In this document: piece after piece, positions 11,801-23,800 of the stretch
Layout: every line of letters starts with the position of its first letter
Numbering within the stretch: the stretch's first letter is position 1
Assembly: GCA_032718475.1 (NCBI GenBank)
Contig: JAUCBJ010000272.1
Span: forward strand, 1 to 32,023
DNA length: 32,023 nt
Direction: 5' to 3'
From: Nemertoderma westbladi
Taxonomy: Eukaryota; Animalia; Xenacoelomorpha
Translations under genes and position numbers: made by a program
The notes under the pieces: model-generated
Databases searched by the model: none
What the model was told of the DNA's origin: nothing
Seen by the model: only the letters and a program-made list of their open reading frames with translations

Positions 11801-14800
11801 TCCCTAATTAATGTTTATATCCCTAATTAATGTTTATATCCCTAATTAATGTTTGTATCCCTAATTAATGTTTATATCCCTAATTAATGTTTGTATCCCT
11901 AATTAATGTTTGTATCCCTAATTAATGTTTATATCCCTAATTAATGTTTGTATCCCTAATTAATGTTTGTGTCCCTAATTAATGTTTATATCCCTAATTA
12001 ATGTTTGTATCCCTAATTAATGTTTGTATCCCTAATTAATGTTTGTATCCCTAATTAATGTTTATATCCCTAATTAATGTTTGTGTCCCTAATTAATGTT
12101 TGTGTCCCTAATTAATGTTTGTATCCCTAATTAATGTTTGTGTCCCTAATTAATGTTTGTGTCCCTAATTAATGTTTGTATCCCTAATTAATGTTTATAT
12201 CCCTAATTAATGTTTGTATCCCTAATTAATGTTTGTATCCCTAATTAATGTTTGTATCCCTAATTAATGTTTGTGTCCCTTAATGTTTGTATCCCTAATT
12301 AATGTTTGTATCCCTAATTAATGTTTGTGTCCCTAATTAATGTTTGTGTCCCTAATTAATGTTTGCGTCCCTCATTTAATGTTTGTGTCCCTAATTAATG
12401 TTTGTGTCCCTAATTAATGTGTGTATCCCTAATTAATGTTTATATCCCTAATTAATGTTTGTATCCCTAATTAATGTTTGTATCCCTAATTAATGTTTAT
12501 ATCCCTAATTGATGTTTGTGTCCCTAATTAATGTTTGTGTCCCTAATTAATGTTTGTATCCCTAATTAATGTTTGTGTCCCTAATTAATGTTTATATCCC
12601 TAATTAATGTTTGTATCCCTAATTAATGTTTGTATCCCTAATTAATGTTTATATCCCTAATTAATGTTTGTATCCCTAATTAATGTTTGTATCCCTAATT
12701 AATGTTTATATCCCTAATTAATGTTTGTGTCCCTAATTAATGTTTGTGTCCCTAATTAATGTTTGTATCCCTAATTAATGTTTGTGTCCCTAATTAATGT
12801 TTATATCCCTAATTAATGTTTGTGTCCCTAATTAATGGTTGTATCCCTAATTAATGTTTGTGTCCCTAATTAATGTTTGTATCCCTAATTAATGTTTGTA
12901 TCCCTAATTAATGTTTATATCCCTAATTAATGTTTATATCCCTAATTAATGTTTGTGTCCCTAATTAATGTTTGTATCCCTAATTAATGTTTGTGTCCCT
13001 AATTAATGTTTGTATCCCTAATTAATGTTTGTGTCCCTAATTAATGTTTATATCCCTAATTAATGTTTGTGTCCCTAATTAATGTTTATGTCCCTAATTA
13101 ATGTTTATATCCCTAATTAATGTTTGTATCCCTAATTAATATTTGTCTCCCTAATTAATGTTTGTATCCCTAATTAATGTTTGTGTCCCTAATTAATGTT
13201 TATGTCCCTAATTAATGTTTATATCCCTAATTAATGTTTATATCCCTAATTAATGTTTATATCCCTAATTAATGTTTATATCCCTAATTAATATTTGTGT
13301 CCCTAATTAATGTTTGTGTCCCTAATTAATGTTTATATCCCTAATTAATGTTTATATCCCTAATTAATGTTTGTGTCCCTAATTATGTTTGTGTCCCTAA
13401 TTAATGTTTGTCTCCCTAATTAATGTTTGTATCCCTAATTAATGTTTGTGTCCCTAATTAATGTTTGTGTCTCTAATTAATGTTTGTGTCCCTAATTAAT
13501 GTTTGTATCCCTAATTAATGTTTGTGTCCCTAATTAATGTTTGTGTCCCTAATTAATGTTTGTGTCCCTAATTAATGTTTATATCCCTAATTAATGTTTA
13601 TATCCCTAATTAATGTTTGTGTCCCTAATTAATGTTTGTGTCCCTAATTAATGTTTGTGCCCTAATTAATGTTTGTGTCCCTAATTAATGTTTGTGTCCC
13701 TAATTAATGTTTGTATCCCTAATTAATGTTTGTGTCCCTAATTAATGTTTGTGTCTCTAATTAATGTTTGTGTCCCTAATTAATGTTTGTATCCCTAATT
13801 AATGTTTGTATCCCTAATTAATGTTTGTGTCCCTAATTAATGTTTGTGTCCCTAATTAATGTTTGTGTCTCTAATTAATGTTTGTGTCCCTAATTAATGT
13901 TTGTATCCCTAATTAATGTTTGTGTCCCTAATTAATGTTTGTATCCCTAATTAATGTTTGTGTCCCTAATTAATGTTTGTGTCTCTAATTAATGTTTGTG
14001 TCCCTAATTAATGTTTGTATCCCTAATTAATGTTTGTATCCCTAATTAATGTTTGTGTCCCTAATTAATGTTTGTGTCTCTAATTAATGTTTGTGTCCCT
14101 AATTAATGTTTGTATCCCTAATTAATGTTTATATCCCTAATTAATGTTTGTGTCCCTAATTAATGTTTATATCCCTAATTAATGTTTGTATCCCTAATTA
14201 ATGTTTGTATCCCTAATTAAAATGTTTATATCCCTAATTAATGTTTATATCCCTAATTAATGTTTGTGTCCCTAATTAATGTTTGTCTCCCTAATTAATG
14301 TTTGTGTCCCTAATTAATGTTTGTATCCCTAATTAATGTTTATATCCCTAATTAATGTTTGTGTCCCTAATTAATGTTTGTGTCCCTAATTAATGTTTGT
14401 GTCCCTAATTAATGTTTGTATCCCTAATTAATGTTTATATCCCTAATTAATGTTTGTGTCCCTAATTAATGTTTGTGCCCTAATTAATGTTTGTGTCCCT
14501 AATTAATGTTTATATCCTTAATTAATGTTTGTGTCCCTAATTAATGTTTGTGTCCCTAATTAATGTTTGTGTCTCTAATTAATGTTTGTCTCCCTAATTA
14601 ATGTTTGTATCCCTAATTAATGTTTGTGTCCCTAATTAATGTTTGTGTCCCTAATTAATGTTTGTGTCCCTAATTAATGTTTGTGTCCCTAATTAATGTT
14701 TATATCCCTAATTAATGTTTATATCCCTAATTAATGTTTGTGTCCCTAATTAATGTTTGTGTCCCTAATTAATGTTTGTGCCCTAATTAATGTTTGTGTC

Positions 14801-17800
14801 CCTAATTAATGTTTGTGTCCCTAATTAATGTTTGTATCCCTAATTAATGTTTGTGTCCCTAATTAATGTTTGTGTCTCTAATTAATGTTTGTGTCCCTAA
14901 TTAATGTTTGTATCCCTAATTAATGTTTGTATCCCTAATTAATGTTTGTGTCCCTAATTAATGTTTGTGTCCCTAATTAATGTTTGTGTCCCTAATTAAT
15001 GTTTGTATCCCTAATTAATGTTTGTATCCCTAATTAATGTTTGTGTCCCTAATTAATGTTTGTGTCCCTAATTAATGTTTGTGTCTCTAATTAATGTTTG
15101 TGTCCCTAATTAATGTTTGTATCCCTAATTAATGTTTGTGTCCCTAATTAATGTTTGTATCCCTAATTAATGTTTGTGTCCCTAATTAATGTTTGTGTCT
15201 CTAATTAATGTTTGTGTCCCTAATTAATGTTTGTATCCCTAATTAATGTTTGTATCCCTAATTAATGTTTGTGTCCCTAATTAATGTTTGTGTCTCTAAT
15301 TAATGTTTGTGTCCCTAATTAATGTTTGTATCCCTAATTAATGTTTATATCCCTAATTAATGTTTGTGTCCCTAAATAATGTTTATATCCCTAATTAATG
15401 TTTGTATCCCTAATTAATGTTTGTATCCCTAATTAAAATGTTTATATCCCTAATTAATGTTTATATCCCTAATTAATGTTTGTGTCCCTAATTAATGTTT
15501 GTCTCCCTAATTAATGTTTGTGTCCCTAATTAATGTTTGTATCCCTAATTAATGTTTATATCCCTAATTAATGTTTGTGTCCCTAATTAATGTTTGTGTC
15601 CCTAATTAATGTTTGTGTCCCTAATTAATGTTTGTATCCCTAATTAATGTTTATATCCCTAATTAATGTTTGTGTCCCTAATTAATGTTTGTGCCCTAAT
15701 TAATGTTTGTGTCCCTAATTAATGTTTATATCCTTAATTAATGTTTGTGTCCCTAATTAATGTTTGTGTCCCTAATTAATGTTTGTGTCTCTAATTAATG
15801 TTTGTCTCCCTAATTAATGTTTGTATCCCTAATTAATGTTTGTGTCCCTAATTAATGTTTGTGTCCCTAATTAATGTTTGTGTCCCTAATTAATGTTTAT
15901 ATCCCTAATTAATGTTTATATCCCTAATTAATGTTTATATCCCTAATTAATGTTTATATCCCTAATTAATATTTGTGTCCCTAATTAATGTTTGTGTCCC
16001 TAATTAATGTTTATATCCCTAATTAATGTTTATATCCCTAATTAATGTTTGTGTCCCTAATTAATGTTTGTGTCCCTAATTAATGTTTGTCTCCCTAATT
16101 AATGTTTGTATCCCTAATTAATGTTTGTGTCCCTAATTAATGTTTGTGTCTCTAATTAATGTTTGTGTCCCTAATTAATGTTTGTATCCCTAATTAATGT
16201 TTGTGTCCCTAATTAATGTTTGTGTCCCTAATTAATGTTTGTGTCCCTAATTAATGTTTATATCCCTAATTAATGTTCGTGTCCCTAATTAATGTTTGTA
16301 TCCCTAATTAATGTTTGTGTCCCTAATTAATGTTTGTGTCCCTAATTAATGTTTGTGTCCCTAATTAATGTTTATATCCCTAATTAATGTTTATATCCCT
16401 AATTAATGTTTGTGTCCCTAATTAATGTTTGTGTCCCTAATTAATGTTTGTGCCCTAATTAATGTTTGTGTCCCTAATTAATGTTTGTGTCCCTAATTAA
16501 TGTTTGTATCCCTAATTAATGTTTGTGTCCCTAATTAATGTTTGTGTCTCTAATTAATGTTTGTCTCCCTAATTAATGTTTGTATCCCTAATTAATGTTT
16601 GTGTCCCTAATTAATGTTTGTGTCTCTAATTAATGTTTGTGTCCCTAATTAATGTTTGTATCCCTAATTAATGTTTGTGTCCCTAATTAATGTTTGTATC
16701 CCTAATTAATGTTTGTGTCCCTAATTAATGTTTGTGTCCCTAATTAATGTTTGTATCCCTAATTAATGTTTGTATCCCTAATTAATGTTTGTGTCCCTAA
16801 TTAATGTTTGTATCCCTAATTAATGTTTGTATCCCTAATTAATGTTTATATCCCTAATTAATGTTTGTATCCCTAATTAATGTTTATATCCCTAATTAAT
16901 GTTTGTATCCCTAATTAATGTTTATATCCCTAATTAATGTTTGTGTCCCTAATTAATGTTTGTGTCCCTAATTAATGTTTATATCCCTAATTAATGTTTG
17001 TGTCCCTAATTAATGTGTGTATCCCTAATTAATGTTTGTATCCCTAATTAATGTTTGTGTCCCTAATTAATGTTTGTCTCCCTAATTAATGTTTGTGTCC
17101 CTAATTAATGTTTGTATCCCTAATTAATGTTTATATCCCTAATTAATGTTTGTGTCCCTAATTAATGTTTGTATCCCTAATTAATGTTTATATCCCTAAT
17201 TAATGTTTATATCCCTAATTAATGTTTGTGTCCCTAATTAATGTTTGTGTCCCTAATTAATGTTTATATCCCTAATTAATGTTTATATCCCTAATTAATG
17301 TTTGTGTCCCTAATTAATGTTTATATCCCTAATTAATGTTTGTATCCCTAATTAATGTTTGTATCCCTAATTAATGTTTATATCCCTAATTAATGTTTAT
17401 ATCCCTAATTAATGTTTGTGTCCCTAATTAATGTTTGTCTCCCTAATTAATGTTTGTGTCCCTAATTAATGTTTGTGTCCCTAATTAATATTTGTATCCC
17501 TAATTAATGTTTGTGTCCCCAATTAATGTTTGTATCCCTAATTAATGTTTGTGTCCCTAATTAATGTTTGTCTCCCTAATTAATGTTTGTGTCCCTAATT
17601 AATGTTTGTGTCCCTAATTAATGTTTGTGTCCCTTAATGTTTGTGTCCCTAATTAATGTTTGTGTCCCTAATTAATGTTTGTATCCCTAATTAATGTTTG
17701 TGTCCCTAATTAATGTTTGTGTCCCTTAATGTTTGTATCCCTAATTAATGTTTGTGTCCCTAATTAATGTTTGTGTCCCTAATTAATGTTTGTGTCCCCA

Positions 17801-20800
17801 ATTAATGTTTGTGTCCCTTAATGTTTGTGTCCCTAATTAATGTTTGTGTCCCTAATTAATGTTTGTGTCCCTTAATGTTTGTGTCCCTAATTAATGTTTG
17901 TGTCCCTAATTAATGTTTGTATCCCTAATTAATGTTTGTGTCCCTAATTAATGTTTGTGTCCCTAATTAATGTTTGTGTCCCTAATTAATGTTTGTGTCC
18001 CCAATTAATGTTTGTGTCCCTTAATGTTTGTGTCCCTTAATGTTTGTGTCCCTTAATGTTTGTGTCCCTAATTAATGTTTGTGTCCCTTAATGTTTGTGT
18101 CCCTAATTAATGTTTGTGTCCCTAATTAATGTTTGTGTCCCTTAATGTTTGTGTCCCTAATTAATGTTTGTGTCCCTAATTAATGTTTGTGTCCCTGATT
18201 AATGTTTGTGTCCCTTAATGTTTGTTTCCCTAATTAATGTTTGTGTCCCTAATTAATGTTTGTATCCCTAATTAATGTGTGTGTCCCTCATTAATGTTTG
18301 TGTCCCTAATTATGTTTGTATCCCTAATTAATGTTTGTGTCCCCAATTAATGTTTGTATCCCTAATTAATGTTTGTATCCCTAATTAATGTTTGTATCCC
18401 TAATTAATGTTTGTGTCCCTAATTAATGTTTGTGTCCCTCATTAATGTTTGTGTCCCTAATTAATGTTTGTATCCCTAATTAATGTTTGTTTCCTTAATT
18501 AATGTTTGTGTCCCTAATTAATGTTTGTATCCCTAATTAATGTTTGTTTCCCTCATTAATGTTTGTGTCCCTAATTAATGTTTGTGTCCCCCATTAATGT
18601 TTGTATCCCTAATTAATGTTTGTTTCCTTAATTAATGTTTGTGTCCCTAATTAATGTTTGTATCCCTAATTAATGTTTGTGTCCCTAATTAATGTTTATA
18701 TCCCTAATTAATGTTTGTATCCCTAATTAATGTTTGTATCCCTAATTAATGTTTGTATCCCTAATTAATGTTTGTATCCCTAATTAATGTTTGTTTCCTT
18801 AATTAATGTTTGTGTCCCTAATTAATGTTTGTATCCCTAATTAATGTTTGTTTCCCTCATTAATGTTTGTGTCCCTAATTAATGTTTGTATCCCTAATTA
18901 ATGTTTGTTTCCTTAATTAATGTTTGTGTCCCTAATTAATGTTTGTATCCCTAATTAATGTTTGTTTCCCTCATTAATGTTTGTGTCCCTAATTAATGTT
19001 TGTGTCCCCCATTAATGTTTGTATCCCTAATTAATGTTTGTTTCCTTAATTAATGTTTGTGTCCCTAATTAATGTTTGTATCCCTAATTAATGTTTGTGT
19101 CCCTAATTAATGTTTATATCCCTAATTAATGTTTGTATCCCTAATTAATGTTTGTATCCCTAATTAATGTTTGTATCCCTAATTAATGTTTGTGTCCCTA
19201 ATTAATGTTTGTATCCCTAATTAATGTTTGTATCCCTAATTAATGTTTGTATCCCTAATTAATGTTTGTATCCCTAATTAATGTTTGTATCCCTAATTAA
19301 TGTTTGTATCCCTAATTAATGTTTGTATCCCTAATTAATGTTTATATCCCTAATTAATGTTTGTGTCCCTAATTAATGTTTGTGTCCCTAATTAATGTTT
19401 GTGTCCCTAATTAATGTTTGTGTCCCTAATTAATGTTTGTGTCCCTAATTAATGTTTGTGTCCCTAATTGCTTGGGTAGCTCTATCAAAAATGGATACCA
19501 TCTGGAAATCAGATCTCTCCAGGCACCTGAAGACTAAGTTCTTTCGAGCCACAGTGGAAAGTGTATTTTTATACGGCGGTGAGACCTGGACACTGACTAA
19601 ATCACTTGAACAACGAATTGATGGTTGCTACACAAGACTACTAAGGGCAGCCCTAAACATCAGCTGGAGACAACACATGACAAACGCCGAGCTTTATTGT
19701 ACAATACCACCTGTATCAACCACCCTCCGTGAACGCAGATTAAGATTCAGTGGGCACTGCTGGCGAAGTAAAGACGAGGTCATACCAGATCTACTTCTCT
19801 GGCAACCAACTCATGGAAAGCGTAGTCGTGGACGACCTGCCATAACATATATAGATCAACTTGAAAGGGATACTGAACTTGGGAGAAACGAAATTGCGAC
19901 AACTATGGAGAATCGGGAAGCCTGGAAGGATCTCATTTCCACTGTCCGAGTTCGCTCGACCTAGTAGTAGTAGTAGTAGTAGTGTCCCTAATTAATGTTT
20001 GTATCCCTAATTAATGTTTGTGTCCCTAATTAATGTTTGTGTCTCTAATTAATGTTTGTGTCCCTAATTAATGTTTGTATCCCTAATTAATGTTTGTGTC
20101 CCTAATTAATGTTTGTGTCCCTAATTAATGTTTGTGTCCCTAATTAATGTTTGTGTCTCTAATTAATGTTTGTGTCCCTAATTAATGTTTGTGTCCCTAA
20201 TTAATGTTTGTGTCTCTAATTAATGTTTGTGTCCCTAATTAATGTTTGTATCCCTAATTAATGTTTGTGTCCCTAATTAATGTTTATATCCCTAATTAAT
20301 GTTTGTGTCCCTAATTAATGTTTGTATCCCTAATTAATGTTTGTATCCCTAATTAATGTTTGTGTCCCTAATTAAGGTTTGTGTCCCTCATTAATGTTTG
20401 TGTCCCTCATTAATGTTTGTGTCCCCCATTAATGTTTGTATCCCTAATTAATGTTTGTGTCCCCAATTAATGTTTGTATCCCTAATTAATGTTTATATCC
20501 CTAATTAATGTTTGTGTCCCTAATTAATGTTTGTATCCCTAATTAATGTTTGTATCCCTAATTAATGTTTGTGTCCCTAATTAATGTTTGTCTCCCTAAT
20601 TAATGTTTGTGTCCCTAATTAATGTTTGTATCCCTTAATGTTTATATCCCTAATTAATGTTTGTATCCCTAATTAATGTTTGTTTATATCCCTAATTAAT
20701 GTTTGTGTCCCTAATTAATGTTTGTGTCCCTAATTAATGTTTGTGTCCCTAATTAATGTTTGTGTCCCTAATTAATGTTTATATCCCTAATTAATGTTTG

Positions 20801-23800
20801 TGTCCCTAATTAATATTTGTCTCCCTAATTAATGTTTGTATCCCTAATTAATGTTTATATCCCTAATTAATGTTTGTATCCCTAATTAATGTTTGTATCC
20901 CTAATTAATGTTTATATCCCTAATTAATGTTTATATCCCTAATTAATGTTTGTGTCCCTAATTAATGTTTGTATCCCTAATTAATGTTTGTGTCCCTAAT
21001 TAATGTTTGTATCCCTAATTAATGTTTGTATCCCTAATTAATGTTTGTGTCCCTAATTAATGTTTGTGTCCCTAATTAATGTTTGTCTCCCTAATTAATG
21101 TTTGTATCCCTAATTAATGTTTGTGTCCCTAATTAATGTTTGTATCCCTAATTAATGTTTGTATCCCTAATTAATGTTTGTGTCCCTAATTAATGTTTGT
21201 ATCCCTAATTAATGTTTGTATCCCTAATTAATGTTTGTATCCCTAATTAACGTTTGTGTCCCTTAATGTTTGTGTCCCTAATTAATGTTTGTGTCCCTAA
21301 TTAATGTTTGTATCCCTAATTAATGTTTGTATCCCTAATTAATGTTTGTATCCCTAATTAACGTTTGTGTCCCTTAATGTTTGTGTCGCTAATTAATGTT
21401 TGTGTCCCTAATTAATGTTTGTATCCCTAATTAATGTTTGTGTCCCTAATTAATGTTTGTGTCCCTAATTAATGTTTGTGTCCCTTAATGTTTGTGTCCC
21501 TAATTAATGTTTGTGTCCCTAATTAATGTTTGTATCCCTAATTAATGTTTGTGTCCCTAATTAATGTTTGTGTCCCTAATTAATGTTTGTGTCCCCAATT
21601 AATGTTTGTGTCCCTTAATGTTTGTGTCCCTAATTAATGTTTGTGTCCCTAATTAATGTTTGTATCCCTAATTAATGTTTATATCCCTAATTAATGTTTG
21701 TGTCCCTAATTAATGTTTGTGTCCCTTAATGTTTGTGTCCCTAATTAATGTTTGTGTCCCTAATTAATGTTTGTATCCCTAATTAATGTTTGTGTCCCTA
21801 ATTAATGTTTGTGTCCCTAATTAATGTTTGTGTCCCTAATTAATGTTTGTGTCCCCAATTAATGTTTGTGTCCCTTAATGTTTGTGTCCCTAATTAATGT
21901 TTGTGTCCCTAATTAATGTTTGTGTCCCTTAATGTTTGTGTCCCTAATTAATGTTTGTGTCCCTAATTAATGTTTGTGTCCCTAATTAATGTTTGTATCC
22001 CTAATTAATGTTTGTGTCCCTAATTAATGTTTGTGTCCCTAATTAATGTTTGTGTCCCTTAATGTTTGTGTCCCTAATTAATGTTTGTGTCCCTAATTAA
22101 TGTTTGTATCCCTAATTAATGTTTGTGTCCCTAATTAATGTTTGTGTCCCTAATTAATGTTTGTGTCCCTTAATGTTTGTGTCCCTAATTAATGTTTGTG
22201 TCCCTAATTAATGTTTGTATCCCTAATTAATGTTTGTGTCCCTAATTAATGTTTGTGTCCCTAATTAATATTTGTGTCCCTTAATGTTTGTGTCCCTAAT
22301 TAATGTTTGTGTCCCTAATTAATGTTTGTATCCCTAATTAATGTTTGTGTCCCTAATTAATGTTTGTGTCCCTAATTAATGTTTGTATCCCTAATTAATG
22401 TTTGTGTCCCTAATTAATGTTTGTGTCCCTAATTAATGTTTGTATCCCTAATTAATGTTTATATCCTTAATTAATGTTTGTGTCCTTTAATGTTTGTGTC
22501 CCTAATTAATGTTTGTGTCCCTAATTAATGTTTGTATCCCTAATTAATGTTTGTGTCCCTAATTAATGTTTGTGTCCCTAATTAATGTTTGTGTCCCTAA
22601 TTAATGTTTGTGTCCCCAATTAATGTTTGTGTCCCTTAATGTTTGTGTCCCTAATTAATGTTTGTGTCCCTAATTAATGTTTGTGTCCCTTAATGTTTGT
22701 GTCCCTAATTAAGTTTGTGTCCCTAATTAATGTTTGTGTCCCTAATTAATGTTTGTATCCCTAATTAATGTTTGTGTCCCTAATTAATGTTTGTGTCCCT
22801 AATTAATGTTTGTGTCCCTTAATGTTTGTGTCCCTAATTAATGTTTGTGTCCCTAATTAATGTTTGTATCCCTAATTAATGTTTGTGTCCCTAATTAATG
22901 TTTGTGTCCCTAATTAATGTTTGTGTCCCTTAATGTTTGTGTCCCTAATTAATGTTTGTGTCCCTAATTAATGTTTGTATCCCTAATTAATGTTTGTGTC
23001 CCTAATTAATGTTTGTGTCCCTAATTAATGTTTGTATCCCTAATTAATGTTTGTGTCCCCAATTAATGTTTGTATCCCTAATTAATGTTTGTATCCCTAA
23101 TTAATGTTTGTATCCCTAATTAATGTTTGTATCCCTAATTAATGTTTGTATCCCTAATTAATGTTTGTATCCCTAATTAATGTTTGTATCCCTAATTAAT
23201 GTTTGTGTCCCTAATTAATGTTTGTGTCCCTCATTAATGTCTGTGTCCCTAATTAATGTTTGTATCCCTAATTAATGTTTGTTTCCCTAATTAATGTTTG
23301 TGTCCCTAATTAATGTTTGTATCCCTAATTAATGTTTGTTTCCCTCATTAATGTTTGTGTCCCTAATTAATGTTTGTGTCCCTAATTAATGTTTGTATCC
23401 CTAATTAATGTTTGTATCCCTAATTAATGTTTGTGTCCCTAATTAATGTTTGTGTCCCTAATTAATGTTTGTGTCCCTAATTAATGTTTGTATCTCTAAT
23501 TAATGTTTGTATCCCTAATTAATGTTTGTGTCCCTAATTAATGTTTGTGTCCCTAATTAATGTTTGTGTCCCTAATTAATGTTTGTATCCCTAATTAATG
23601 TTTGTATCCCTAATTAATGTTTGTGTCCCTAATTAATGTTTGTGTCCCTAATTAATGTTTGTGTCCCTAATTAATGTTTGTATCCCTAATTAATGTTTGT
23701 ATCCCTAATTAATGTTTGTGTCCCTAATTAATGTTTGTGTCCCTAATTAATGTTTGTGTCCCTAATTAATGTTTGTGTCCCTCATTAATGTTTGTGTCCC

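Noticed and set aside
19452-19469. ATG start of the 170-aa ORF (satellite-LINE fusion gene)
   Set aside because: MFVSLI is simply satellite sequence that happens to be in frame. Almost every monomer contains an ATG, and nothing suggests expression.
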